Source: Terriglobia bacterium | Lineage (GTDB): Bacteria; Acidobacteriota; Terriglobia; Terriglobales; Acidobacteriaceae | Reading direction: 5' to 3' | Assembly (NCBI GenBank): GCA_963748935.1 | Contig: CAVVLA010000002.1 | Location: 14,113-78,112 of the forward strand | DNA length: 64,000 nucleotides | Part shown: positions 16,541 through 25,976 of the stretch, one piece after another | How positions within the stretch are numbered: the stretch's first letter is position 1 | Layout of the letters: each line of letters starts with the position of its first letter | Translations under genes and position numbers: made by a program | Notes under the pieces: generated by a model | What the model was told of the DNA's origin: nothing | Databases searched by the model: none | The model's input: only the letters and a program-made list of their open reading frames with translations

Positions 16541-17782
16541 ATGGCTGATATTCGACGCAGGAAATCCGTTACAGGCTCGATTGGCGGAGTCAAGGTCGGA
16601 AGCGATGCACCAGTTGTGGTGCAATCGATGACCAATACCGATACCGCCGATATCCCTTCGACTGTGAAGCAGGTCGCCGCGCTGGCTCGTGCCGGATCGG
16701 AACTGGTCCGGGTGACGGTCAACAACGAAGACGCTGCGGCCGCCGTCGCGCCAATCGTCGAGCAACTCGACCAACAAGGCGTGCGGGTACCGATCATCGG
16801 TGACTTCCACTACAACGGACACATCCTGCTCAAGAAATATCCCGAATGTGCGCGGGCGCTGGCCAAGTACCGCATCAATCCCGGCAACGTTGGCATCGGG
16901 CGCAAGGACGATAACAACTTCCGCACCATGATCGAAGTTGCGGTCGAAAACCAGAAGCCGGTCCGCATCGGCGTGAACTGGGGATCGCTCGACCAGGCGT
17001 TGCTGACCCGTATGATGGATGAAAATTCGCTGCTGCCGGAACCGAAGGACGCCCGCGAAGTGACCATGGAAGCTATGGTCGTCAGCGCGCTGAACTCCGC
17101 TGCCCTCGCTGAAAAATATGGATTGCGGCCCGACCAGATTATTTTGAGCGCGAAAGTAAGCGGCGTGCAGGATTTGATTGACGTCTACCGTTCGCTGGCG
17201 GCACGCTGCAGCTATCCCCTGCACCTCGGACTCACCGAGGCCGGCATGGGCGCCAAGGGAATCGTTGCTTCAAGCGCGGCGATGGGCGTGTTGTTGCAGG
17301 AAGGCATCGGCGACACCATTCGGGTTTCGCTTACCCCTGCCCCCGGTGGCGATCGGACCGAAGAAGTGCGCGTGGGACAGCAGATTCTGCAGTCTCTGGG
17401 CATCCGCAGTTTTACTCCTCAGGTGACAGCGTGTCCCGGATGCGGTCGCACCACCAGCACCTTTTTCCAGGAGATGGCACAGCAGATTCAGTCCTACCTG
17501 CGCGACCAGATGCCAGTATGGAAGGGGCGCTACACGGGCGTGGAAGAGATGAAGGTTGCGGTGATGGGGTGCGTGGTGAACGGTCCCGGCGAATCAAAAC
17601 ATGCCAGCCTAGGCATCTCATTGCCCGGAACGTTCGAAGAACCGAAGGCACCGGTCTACGTCGATGGCCGGCTGTTTACCACGCTGAAAGGCCACAAGAT
17701 CGTCGCCGAGTTCATCCAGATTCTCGACGACTACGTAGAATCGCACTACGCGGCGAAGGAAGAAGTAGTGGCAAGAATCTAA
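16541..17782 (+). CDS. ispG: 4-hydroxy-3-methylbut-2-en-1-yl diphosphate synthase (flavodoxin)
   Basis: VQSMTNT, RVTVNN, NPGN and the C-terminal CPGCGRT ... GCVVNGPGE cluster motifs. Confidence 0.95.
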   Translation: MADIRRRKSVTGSIGGVKVGSDAPVVVQSMTNTDTADIPSTVKQVAALARAGSELVRVTVNNEDAAAAVAPIVEQLDQQGVRVPIIGDFHYNGHILLKKYPECARALAKYRINPGNVGIGRKDDNNFRTMIEVAVENQKPVRIGVNWGSLDQALLTRMMDENSLLPEPKDAREVTMEAMVVSALNSAALAEKYGLRPDQIILSAKVSGVQDLIDVYRSLAARCSYPLHLGLTEAGMGAKGIVASSAAMGVLLQEGIGDTIRVSLTPAPGGDRTEEVRVGQQILQSLGIRSFTPQVTACPGCGRTTSTFFQEMAQQIQSYLRDQMPVWKGRYTGVEEMKVAVMGCVVNGPGESKHASLGISLPGTFEEPKAPVYVDGRLFTTLKGHKIVAEFIQILDDYVESHYAAKEEVVARI

Positions 17783-17791
17783 AACAACCAC

Positions 17792-17904
17792 ATGGGACAG
17801 CCACCCTCGGTTGTCCGGCGAAGCAACGCTCCGCTGAATTGTTTCTCGTCAACTATCGCATTCGAGCTTCGCTCGACCGGACAGCCGAGGGCGGCTGTCC
17901 CCAC
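17792..17904. repeat. REP doublet (ATGGGACAGCC...GGTTGTCC and GGACAGCCG-AGGG-CGGCTGTCC-CCAC) between convergent genes
   Basis: Hairpins at 17792-17816 and 17879-17904, in opposite orientation. Confidence 0.75.
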
Positions 17905-17914
17905 GCGTGCCGCC

Positions 17915-18865
17915 TTACGCCCGCAGCGGCAAACTCGGATTCTCGTCTTCTATCGGATCTGCAATTTGCTTCAGATCTGGATAGTGTTGCAGCAGCGGCT
18001 CCGGAGCACTTACACGCTGTCCGGTGAGCATGTTTCTTAGTTGCAGGGCATTCACCGCGCCCTTGGCTTCGAAGTGGTTGTTGGCGACTACGTATGTGAC
18101 TTCCGCCTTGCGCGCGATTTGTCCGATCCTCTCCTTCCATCCTGCGAGTTCGTCTTCGCTGTAAAGATAGTTGTAGCGGTCGGCGCCGGTTTCTGCCTGG
18201 AACCATTGATCGTAATTTCGTCCGTGCAGGCGCACATAGCCGACGGGAGAAGTCACGTGTTCGGTGGGCACGAGCGAACGTCCAATCAGGGGTTGATCGA
18301 TGTTGCAAAAGGCGACGTTCTTCTGCATAAAATCGTTGATCGTGTCGGGATTGTCCCAGCTGTCGTGGCGCACTTCGACTACCCGCGGATATTCGATGAA
18401 CTGGCGCAGCAGCCTTTCCAGGTATTCACGGTTGAGTGAGGTATTCTTGAACGAAACCGGAAACTGGATCAGCAGCGCGCCCAGCTTGCCCTCGCCGGCC
18501 AACGCCTCCAGGCCTTCTCGCGCCAACGCTTCGTCTTCGTCGTTCGGCCGGATCGATGCTGCTGAAGTGGGTTCCATAACCGCCATGGGATTGTGAGTGA
18601 AAGAGCGGTGCAGCTTCGCTGTGAACATGAAGTTCGGGTTCACCGCCTTGGCGGTACGTACCCAGAGTTTGGCCAGGTGGGGCTTGATGTGTCCGTAGAA
18701 GGAAGTGTTGATCTCCACCACGTCGAAGCATCGCGCCAAGATGTCCAGCGGATGCTGTTTACGGTGCTGCATCCCCGGCGGATAGAAGATTCCATCCCAG
18801 TCCTTGTAGGACCAACCGGCAGTTCCGACGCGGATTTGCGGGCGGGGTTCCACGGAGCGCAGCAA
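17915..18865 (-). CDS. DUF72 domain protein
   Basis: VGTAGWSYKDWDGIFYP N-terminus and the overall pattern of the DUF72 family. Confidence 0.85.
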   Translation of the reverse strand: MLRSVEPRPQIRVGTAGWSYKDWDGIFYPPGMQHRKQHPLDILARCFDVVEINTSFYGHIKPHLAKLWVRTAKAVNPNFMFTAKLHRSFTHNPMAVMEPTSAASIRPNDEDEALAREGLEALAGEGKLGALLIQFPVSFKNTSLNREYLERLLRQFIEYPRVVEVRHDSWDNPDTINDFMQKNVAFCNIDQPLIGRSLVPTEHVTSPVGYVRLHGRNYDQWFQAETGADRYNYLYSEDELAGWKERIGQIARKAEVTYVVANNHFEAKGAVNALQLRNMLTGQRVSAPEPLLQHYPDLKQIADPIEDENPSLPLRA

Positions 18866-18976
18866 AAAATTCCCTGCTGGCAGGTTAGCACAGGCTCGTT
18901 TTGCACATGCAACCGGAAACGATGAAACTTTCTCCTTTTCTTCACTTGCCGAAGACTCTAGAATCTAGACAATCCC

Positions 18977-20323
18977 ATGGGAATTTTCCTGCTCATCTTA
19001 GTTATCGCTCTGAATCTGGTGCTATTGAGCCTGGCAATCGCGCTCTGGCGCCGGGAAGCCAAGTCCTCTCATGCCGCCGAGTTGGCGCTACTGACGCGGG
19101 AGTCGGCGTCCCTGCGTGAATCTCTCTCACAGAGTTTCGCTTCCGCCACCGCCGACATGGCCACCCGGCTGGAAAATACCAAGGGCGATCTGCGCCAGGA
19201 GGTGACTGATCGTCTGGGCCAGGGATTTACAGAAATCCGCAATGCAGTAGAAGGCCAGCTGGCAGGAGGACGACGCGAGCAGACACAGGATTTGCGCCAA
19301 GCTCGCACCGAGTTGACCACGGCCTTGGCGCTCACCACGTCGCAACTCAAAGCGGAGTTCGACCATCTGAACCAGAAAACCGCGCAGAGCCTGGATTCCA
19401 TTCGCGACCGCGTCGATGCCAAGCTGCTCGCTATCACCGACCAGGTACAGCAGAAGCTCGATCAAAACATCAAAGAAGGATTTGCCCAGTTTGAAAAGGT
19501 ACAGCAGCACCTGAAGGCCGCGGAAGAGCAGTTACGGGAAGTTGGAGCGCTGGGACATTCCATCAACGATCTGAACAATATGCTGAAGCTTCCCCACCTG
19601 CGCGGCCAATTCGGCGAAGCCAGCCTGGAGCGCCTGCTGGCGGATTTTCTGCCGGCCCACATGTTCGAAATTCAGTCGTCCGCCGGCGATGGCAACGGAC
19701 GCGCCGATGCGGTCATCCAGTTTCCCGACCGCCGCCTTCCCATCGACGCCAAGTTCCCGCGCGAACAGGTATTAGCACTGTTTGAAAGCAATGTGGAGTC
19801 GGAGATTCAAGACGCGCGCCATGAGTTTGTGCGTGTAATGAAGACTGAAGCCAAGCGCATCAAGGCGTACATCCAGCCGGAACATGGCACCACCGACATT
19901 GCGCTGATGTACCTGCCCAGCGAAACGCTTTATATGGAAGCCGTCCGCAATCGCGAACTAGCGGACTGGCTCAACCTGCAGCACGTGTTTCCGGTCTCGC
20001 CCAATACGTTGCTGATGACTTTGCAGACCATTGCCCTGGTACACAAGTGGTACGAAGTTGCCAGCCGCTTTGAGAAGAGCCGGCTGGAGTTGGCCAAGGC
20101 GCAAAAGTCGTTTGATCACTTCCAGAACCAGTTTGAAAACGTTGGCAAGAACCTGAACAAGGCCCAGGAAGCCTTCGATACAGCGCAGCGGCATTTGAAG
20201 ACTTATCGCGGCCGGGTCACAGCGCTGAGCGGGCAGGAGCAGCTGGAGCTGGATGCGGCAACCGCCGTGACGAAGAGCGACGAGGAGCCCACGCTGCCGT
20301 TGGCGGATAAAGCCAGCGCTTAG
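18977..20323 (+). CDS. rmuC: DNA recombination protein RmuC
   Basis: N-terminal TM helix, long coiled-coil, C-terminal RmuC nuclease-like domain (RADAVIQFPDRRLPIDAKFP, ALMYLPSE). Confidence 0.88.
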   Translation: MGIFLLILVIALNLVLLSLAIALWRREAKSSHAAELALLTRESASLRESLSQSFASATADMATRLENTKGDLRQEVTDRLGQGFTEIRNAVEGQLAGGRREQTQDLRQARTELTTALALTTSQLKAEFDHLNQKTAQSLDSIRDRVDAKLLAITDQVQQKLDQNIKEGFAQFEKVQQHLKAAEEQLREVGALGHSINDLNNMLKLPHLRGQFGEASLERLLADFLPAHMFEIQSSAGDGNGRADAVIQFPDRRLPIDAKFPREQVLALFESNVESEIQDARHEFVRVMKTEAKRIKAYIQPEHGTTDIALMYLPSETLYMEAVRNRELADWLNLQHVFPVSPNTLLMTLQTIALVHKWYEVASRFEKSRLELAKAQKSFDHFQNQFENVGKNLNKAQEAFDTAQRHLKTYRGRVTALSGQEQLELDAATAVTKSDEEPTLPLADKASA

Positions 20324-20402
20324 CTAAGCAGTCTCCCCGCTAACGGTGTTAAGCCTTTGTGACACAACTTATTGATAACAGGACGAGTTGCATTGGCCCA
20401 TG

Positions 20403-20453
20403 ATGGTATATATCTTGATCTATGCCAGCCTGTGATGTACCATGGTATATACC
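20403..20453 (+). promoter_or_regulatory. putative vapBC promoter/operator: ATGGTATATA direct repeat plus palindromes TACCATGGTA and GGTATATACC
   Basis: ATGGTATATA at 20403-20412 and 20442-20451. Perfect palindromes at 20438-20447 and 20444-20453. Lies 19 nt upstream of the vapB ATG, with GAGGA SD at 20458-20462. Confidence 0.5.
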
Positions 20454-20471
20454 ACACGAGGACCATTACTC

Positions 20472-20711
20472 ATGCCTACTGCCAAACTGTTCCGCAACGG
20501 CCGCAGCCAGGCGGTCAGGCTGCCCTCGGCCTTCCGCTTCGAGGGGTCGCAGGTTTATGTTCGGCGAGATCCCGCGACCGGTGATGTCATCCTCTCGCGA
20601 AGGCCGGAATCCTGGCACGATTTTTTCGAGCTCGCAGACACCATCAAGATCCCGAAAGATTTCATGGCTGACCGGGGCGACCGACCCCCGCAGAAGCGAA
20701 AGCTGTTCTGA
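20472..20711 (+). CDS. vapB: type II antitoxin, AbrB/MazE/SpoVT-fold (VapB)
   Basis: MPTAKLFRNGRSQAVRLPSAFRFEG is a typical VapB N-terminus. The stop overlaps the vapC start (ATGA... at 20711). Confidence 0.85.
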   Translation: MPTAKLFRNGRSQAVRLPSAFRFEGSQVYVRRDPATGDVILSRRPESWHDFFELADTIKIPKDFMADRGDRPPQKRKLF

Positions 20712-21115
20712 TGGTTCGTTACTTGTTGGACACGAACACCGCCAGCTACGCCATCAAAGGCAACGTCGCCCGGGTACGCGAGCACCTGCTGGCGCTCCCC
20801 ATGGCTGAGATAGGTATTTCAGTGATCACCGAAGCGGAATTACGTTTCGGAGTGGCCCGGCTACCTGCGGCGATCCGTCTGAAGGGTCTGGTCGAGGAGT
20901 TCCTTTTGCGGGTTGAGGTGCTGCCTTGGATCTCGGCCGCAGCCCACCAATATGCAGAGATCCGCGCTGTTCTTGAGCGATCTGGCAAGCCGATGGGCAA
21001 CATGGACATGCTGATCGCCGCCCATGCGCTGGCTTTGGAGACGGTGCTGGTGACCCACGACCGCGTGTTCCGGCGAGTGAAGGGGTTGGTGATCGAGGAC
21101 TGGAGCAAGGTATAG
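20711..21115 (+). CDS. vapC: type II toxin, PIN-domain ribonuclease VapC
   Basis: LLDTN (Asp7), TEAEL, DMLIAAHA and THD acidic residues of the PIN fold. 134 aa. Confidence 0.9.
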   Translation: MVRYLLDTNTASYAIKGNVARVREHLLALPMAEIGISVITEAELRFGVARLPAAIRLKGLVEEFLLRVEVLPWISAAAHQYAEIRAVLERSGKPMGNMDMLIAAHALALETVLVTHDRVFRRVKGLVIEDWSKV

Positions 21116-21248
21116 CACGTGGGATACCTGAGGCTCTAGTTTCTTAATGGCTGAGAGCTGGCAGTTCCCCCCGAAGGACGGGTTCGTGGAATCCCACGCT
21201 TCGCAAAAAGCGCGAAGCATGGGGCACCCGGCCCCGGCACCGGCACTA

Positions 21249-21274
21249 CGCGGGCGAGGGCGCCCGCGCCACAC
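21249..21274. repeat. REP-like hairpin CGCGGGCG-AGGG-CGCCCGCG-CCACAC
   Basis: Same stem and CCACAC tail as 50294-50319 and, inverted, 51605-51630. Confidence 0.75.
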
Positions 21275-21280
21275 TTGTCT

Positions 21281-21940
21281 TTACGCTCCGCGCTTGGTCT
21301 TTAACTCCGCCAGCAACTGCTCGATACGATCCTCTTTCTCCAGCGCGGCCAGGCGGTCTTCCACATCATCGGCGGCGATTTCGGATTTGGCCTGGCTGTG
21401 AGCTTCGGCGTGCACCACCTTCCGCTTCATGCGATCGAAGGCGCTGGCGCTGGAACCGTTGCCGGCGGCCATCTTGGCGTCGCTGGCTTTGCTTAAAGCG
21501 CGGGCACGGCGATGCTGAGCCATGAGCAGATCGGCCTTGGCTTGCGCCTCGGTCAGTTTTCGATCCAGTTGGCGAAGCGCGGTCTTGAGATTCTCCACTT
21601 GCGCCTTCTGGTCGATCACCTGCTCCGCAAAGCCCTCGCTTAGGTCGCGATAGCTTTCCACGCGCTGCAGCGCGGCGCGGGCCAGGTCGTCCTGCTTCTT
21701 GTCGACGGATAGCTCCGCTTTACGCATCCACTCCGCCACTTTGTCTTCATTTTCCTTTTGCTTTTTTTCCAGCAGGTGCTGATCGGCGATCGCAATCGCC
21801 ACTTGCGTCTTCACCTGCAGAAGCTGGTTCTGCATGTCGAGGATCACCTGCTTGATCATTTTCTCCGGATGCTCGGCTTTGTCGACCAGGTCATTAAGAT
21901 TGGCGCGGACTAATGTTGAAACTCGCTCTAGTAGTGCCAT
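21281..21940 (-). CDS. pspA: PspA/IM30 family protein
   Basis: MALLERVSTLVRANLNDLVDKAEHPEKMIKQVILDMQ is the canonical PspA N-terminus. All coiled-coil. AAGGAG SD sits 7 nt upstream. Confidence 0.92.
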   Translation of the reverse strand: MALLERVSTLVRANLNDLVDKAEHPEKMIKQVILDMQNQLLQVKTQVAIAIADQHLLEKKQKENEDKVAEWMRKAELSVDKKQDDLARAALQRVESYRDLSEGFAEQVIDQKAQVENLKTALRQLDRKLTEAQAKADLLMAQHRRARALSKASDAKMAAGNGSSASAFDRMKRKVVHAEAHSQAKSEIAADDVEDRLAALEKEDRIEQLLAELKTKRGA

Positions 21941-21954
21941 GATGGACTCCTTTT

Positions 21955-22179
21955 CTAATCAGCTTCTAGCTGCTGGCTGCTGGCTTCTGCCTGGTGCTTT
22001 TCGTGGATGGCTTCGCACTCGGCGCAGTTGACGCCGCGCAAGCTGCTTCCGATCGCGACACCGATCGCGATCCCTACGGACAGCCACACTGCGATGTGGC
22101 CTGCGAAGACGCCGGTGGCGGCACCAATGCCGGCGCCGAGAGCAACACCGAGACCGATTTGCGTAGAAGATTTGTTCAT
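21955..22179 (-). CDS. small Gly-zipper membrane protein (74 aa)
   Basis: GLGVALGAGIGAATGVFAG...GIAIGVAIG glycine-zipper TM segments. The stop lies 14 nt upstream of the pspA start. The last ~10 codons are encoded by the CTAGC-word repeat. Confidence 0.6.
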   Translation of the reverse strand: MNKSSTQIGLGVALGAGIGAATGVFAGHIAVWLSVGIAIGVAIGSSLRGVNCAECEAIHEKHQAEASSQQLEAD

Positions 22180-22196
22180 GTTCGTCGACCTCTAAC

Positions 22197-22235
22197 AGCA
22201 GATTCCTCGCCGGATGGCGGCTCGGAATGACAAAG
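22197..22235 (-). repeat. family-B unit, solo copy
   Basis: AGCAGATTCCTCGCCGGATGGCGGCTCGGAATGACAAAG has the same head/hairpin/tail as the units flanking the GIY-YIG gene. Confidence 0.75.
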
Positions 22236-22251
22236 TTTTCGGGGTGCTGGA

Positions 22252-22280
22252 GGGACGGGATGAACCCGTCCCCACACACA
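22252..22280. repeat. REP-like hairpin GGGACGGG-ATGAA-CCCGTCCC plus CACACACAC tail
   Basis: Perfect 8-bp stem seen directly. Confidence 0.7.
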
Positions 22281-22286
22281 CGCAAA

Positions 22287-23739
22287 CTACTTTGCTCCGC
22301 CGTTTGGCGGAAGCGCGTCGGGCCTGGGTGTCTTGTCACCGATCTGGCGCACCTTGCCCAGCAGTTCTGACATTGGCATTCCCGACAGGGTCTCAAACAA
22401 TGCCGGTACCTGAGCCGCCATCTTGGCGATGTCGCCGGTGATCTTGTTCATTCCGGAGGCGTCGCCGTTGCCCGTCGAAACAATCGTGATTTTGTCCACG
22501 TTGGCCAGCGGGCTGGCCAGAGCGCGCGACAATTTCCGGCATTCCGGTGAATAGCTTGTCGATCACCGCGGCCTGGTTGTACTCCTGGTAAGCCTCGGCT
22601 TTCACGTTCATGGCTTTGGCCTCGGCTTCGCCTTTCTTGAAGATGATTTCTGCTTCGGCTTCGCCTTGAGCGCGAATCGCCGACGCGTGACCATCCGCTT
22701 CCGACATAAGCCGCTGCTTTTCGGCCAGGGCCAGAGTTTCAATTCGCTGACGCTCGATCTCGGCGCCCTTCAACACCGTGGCGATTAACTCTTTTTCGCG
22801 GCGGTTGATTTCGGCTTCCTGTACTTTCACCTGCTGTTCTTTTTCGATCTGCTGCACCTTCACCTGCTCGGCGATGACCTGCTGCTGCATGATGTTGGTC
22901 TGGATGTCATAGGCCTTGTCGGCCTGCGCCTGCTGGCGCTTGGTGACTTCGACGTACTGCGCTTTCTTGACTTCGAGGTCGCGCTGCGCTTCGGCCTGTT
23001 TTGCAAGCGACAGCGTTTCCGCAAGTACTCGTTCCTGATCCGCCTGGGCTCTGGCGACCGCGGATTCACGTTGCGCCAGGGCACGTTTGATGGCGGTGTC
23101 GCGATCGGCTTCGGCGGTGGCCACGTCGGCATCGCGCTTGATGCGGGCGACGTCGGGCTTGCCCATGTTGGTGATGTACTCGTTCTTGTCGCGGACTTCC
23201 TTGATGGTGAACGAGATTACTTCAAGGCCCATCTTGTTCATGTCTTCCGCGCAAGTGGAGCGCATGCGGTCGGAAACCATCTCTGGCTGTTTGACGATTT
23301 CTTCCACCGTCAGTTGTCCAATGATGCCGCGCAGGTGTCCTTCCATCACCAGGCGGATCAGGCCTTCGCGCTCCTGATCGGTCTTGGTGAGGAATTGTTC
23401 GGAGGCGGTCAAGATCGATTCCATATCCGACTTGACCTTGATCTGGGCCACTGCTTCGACGGTGACTGCGACACCCTGCTTGGTGTAGAGATCCTGCTGC
23501 GGGGCCACGTCGAACGACATCAGTTCCAACGAAAGTTCGCGGCATATCTGGACCATCGGGAATACCAGCGTGCCGTGTCCTTTGACGACCCGCGTGCCGC
23601 CCAACCCGTAGACAATCAGCGCTTCATGCGGCCCGGCCTTGCGATACAGCCTCGCCATGCTGCTCATGAGGAACAGAATGACCATGACTCCCAGGCCAAC
23701 GAAAATCCAAATCTCGAAAATGTGCGACATCCCGAACAT
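22287..23739 (-). pseudogene. flotillin (SPFH/Band-7) family protein, reading frame broken by a +/-1 shift near 22522-22532
   Basis: ORF 22393-23790 carries the SPFH domain and the A/E/Q-rich flotillin repeats. Its tail is nonsense after ...GMPEIV. ORF 22287-22532 supplies the conserved flotillin C-terminus (RALASPLANVDKITIVSTGNGD...). Start ATG 23739 has a GGAGG SD. Confidence 0.85.
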
Positions 23740-23775
23740 ATTGCCTCCTCTTTCGAGTGCCCAGCACAACCCGAT

Positions 23776-23805
23776 AACCACAAAGGGCACGAAGTTACAC
23801 GAAGG
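23776..23805. repeat. family-C repeat arm (AACCACAAAGGGCACGAAGTTACACGAAGG)
   Basis: Near-identical to 35238-35267 and to the arms at 4225-4303. Confidence 0.8.
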
Positions 23806-23823
23806 AAATCACGACGATTCACT

Positions 23824-24726
23824 TTATGTATGTTCGCGAACTTTCTGGTGCTCTCTGATCATGTTCAAGTCATTCATAATTTTTTCCGGCTCACGATGAC
23901 CGAGGAATACCTCTCCGTCGGAAAGCATGATGCGTACGCCAGTGTTGCCCCAAACGTAAGCGCGCTTCTCTCCAATGCCGCGAATGCCGTAACCGCCAAG
24001 GGCACTCCAGGGCGCAATAGCATAGGCCTTGATGCTTTGCAGCGGAATGGAGCGCAGACGAAAGCCGAGAGTGCTGATCTCGACTCCGTGGGCGGAAAAG
24101 CGATAGTGAAAGCCTCCCCAGGCCAGCGCTGCCGCGCCCAGGAGCAGCACTACCGGCAGTGCCATCACGAATCGCAGGCCAGCTTGCGGGATGACCGCGA
24201 TCACTACCAGCTCAACTCCTGTAAGAATGGCGAAGACCAGTCCCCAAAGTGGAGCGGCGTGGACTTCCTCGGCCGCGACGACTTCAGCATGCCGGGGTAG
24301 TTCGGCTCCGCGCTTTGCTGTCAGAGCAATCGCGACCAAGACAAATGACGCCAGGAAGACAGCGATCATCGCGGGAACGATGTTCAGCGGCTTGTTATAA
24401 ATGTTGTAATCCAGCAGGGCGTTATTGATGCTGAACAGTACACCTATCATGACGAAGAACATCGCCAGCAGTGACCAGGCGAGGATGTCCGGCTTGCGGA
24501 TGCGAGTTAGCGCCCAGGTGAAGATCACAAGCAGAAACACCGTCAACCCTGTCGCAAAGATCAGCGAAGTCTCACGCGGCATCCAGCCATTGGGCTGGCC
24601 CGATACTCCGAAATGCGTGGCCATTCGGGCGGGCAGCTGGTCCCAGACGGACCAGTACTGGAAGGCCGTGAGCGGAACGGCGAGCCACAGCAGCGCCGTC
24701 ATCGCACGATAGAGTTTGCTATCCAT
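23824..24726 (-). CDS. DUF1648-type polytopic membrane protein
   Basis: N-terminal WDQLPARMATHFGVSGQPNGWMPRE motif typical of DUF1648. Multiple TM helices, then a soluble C-terminal domain. Confidence 0.7.
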   Translation of the reverse strand: MDSKLYRAMTALLWLAVPLTAFQYWSVWDQLPARMATHFGVSGQPNGWMPRETSLIFATGLTVFLLVIFTWALTRIRKPDILAWSLLAMFFVMIGVLFSINNALLDYNIYNKPLNIVPAMIAVFLASFVLVAIALTAKRGAELPRHAEVVAAEEVHAAPLWGLVFAILTGVELVVIAVIPQAGLRFVMALPVVLLLGAAALAWGGFHYRFSAHGVEISTLGFRLRSIPLQSIKAYAIAPWSALGGYGIRGIGEKRAYVWGNTGVRIMLSDGEVFLGHREPEKIMNDLNMIREHQKVREHT

Positions 24727-24784
24727 TTGGCCTCCCCTGGTGTTTCAAATCCACTTAAAATTTGCTGCCGTTCTTGCCGACCTA

Positions 24785-24809
24785 GCACGAGCGAGACGCT
24801 CGCGCCTAC
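24785..24809. repeat. REP-like hairpin GCACGAGCG-AGA-CGCTCGCGC-CTAC
   Basis: Same stem family as 6781-6873, 26163-26187 and 54998-55028. Confidence 0.75.
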
Positions 24810-24817
24810 ATTTGGTC

Positions 24818-25453
24818 TTATTCGCCTGACATTTCAGTCCATAGGCGCACGTATGCAATCCCTTTCTCGTATCGCGTGACCACAACTTCAGCTCCCATGG
24901 CGATTGCATTCCGATCTTCGCTACGGGCGCCACAGGTGCGCCGTGTTCCCGCCTGCGAATAAATGATTTCTCCGGTGCCGTTCTCACGAATCGGAACTGA
25001 AACTCTGCCCAGCACGCCCGCCATCTCGTAGTCCGCGGGATCCATGCTTTCCTCCTCCGAGATCAATACCCGGCTAAGAAAGAGAAAAACAATTCCTCCG
25101 CCGATGACGCCGCTGAAAGCGGCAAGCCCCAGACCAGACACCACCCACAGGCTGGAGTAGCGTGTGAGCAGATATCCGGTTCCGCCAAACCAGGCAAGAA
25201 ACGCGGTCAGAGTAATGAAGTTGAAGGGCGAAAGACTTGCCGCCGGGCCCTTGTAGATCGCCTTCTCCCCACCCACCCCACCAACAGCAACGTGGCCGGA
25301 TGCCGCTGTGCCTGGCGCGCCGTGTACTTGAGGCGCGGCATGCGAAACGTGCGGCAGATGCAAGTGCCAGTGCAGACCTCCGGCGAGAAACGACAGCAGG
25401 CTGAATGAAAAACCCACGGCAAAGCAAATGAGATAAAAATCTGTCCAGGTCAT
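24818..25453 (-). CDS. NfeD/YqiJ-like membrane protein (OB-fold C-terminus)
   Basis: N-terminal TM helices and a C-terminal NfeD-type OB segment (GVLGRVSVPIRENGTGEIIY...GAEVVVTRYEKGIAYV). Sits upstream of a flotillin, as in yqiJ-yqiK. Confidence 0.7.
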   Translation of the reverse strand: MTWTDFYLICFAVGFSFSLLSFLAGGLHWHLHLPHVSHAAPQVHGAPGTAASGHVAVGGVGGEKAIYKGPAASLSPFNFITLTAFLAWFGGTGYLLTRYSSLWVVSGLGLAAFSGVIGGGIVFLFLSRVLISEEESMDPADYEMAGVLGRVSVPIRENGTGEIIYSQAGTRRTCGARSEDRNAIAMGAEVVVTRYEKGIAYVRLWTEMSGE

Positions 25454-25965
25454 ATCGGCCGCCTCTCTCCCCGGCTCGTGCTTTTGTGTCCGACCGCGGC
25501 GCGCGGGTGCAGCGCTTCCAGCAACCGCTCGGCCAACCCGGGGGTGTCGAGAATTGCTCCCAGGAGCAGGAAACAGCGGCGCGTGTCTTTCTCGCGCGCA
25601 GCCTTAATCAGAACTTCGCTGACTTCAGGATCGCTGGCAAATCGCTCCGAACCCTGCAACAGCCACACATCCAGCTTCCCTTCGGTGGTGCGCAAGTCAG
25701 ATACCAGCTCGGTGTGGTAGCCCTCAGGGTCATCCACCAGAAAACCCGGATGTACCTTGAAAAACTTCGCCAGCAGGGTGCGGGTCGATTGCGTCATGTG
25801 CGGGCGCACGCCGCTTTCGATCTGCGAAACGTAAGACTGGCTGATGCTCTTGCCCTGTTCCTCCCGAATGGCGCGCACCAGTTCCTGCTGAGTCATGGGG
25901 CGGTTCAAACCGCGCAGCGAGCCTTCTACTTCGCGCAAGTAACGTAATTTCTCGGCCAAAGTCAT
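25450..25965 (-). CDS. XRE-family helix-turn-helix transcriptional regulator with C-terminal domain
   Basis: HTH segment MTQQELVRAIREEQGKSISQSYVSQIESGVR. 4-nt overlap with the downstream NfeD gene. ATG 25965 preferred over TTG 25980. Confidence 0.85.
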   Translation of the reverse strand: MTLAEKLRYLREVEGSLRGLNRPMTQQELVRAIREEQGKSISQSYVSQIESGVRPHMTQSTRTLLAKFFKVHPGFLVDDPEGYHTELVSDLRTTEGKLDVWLLQGSERFASDPEVSEVLIKAAREKDTRRCFLLLGAILDTPGLAERLLEALHPRAAVGHKSTSRGERRPI

Positions 25966-25976
25966 ATTTTCAAATC

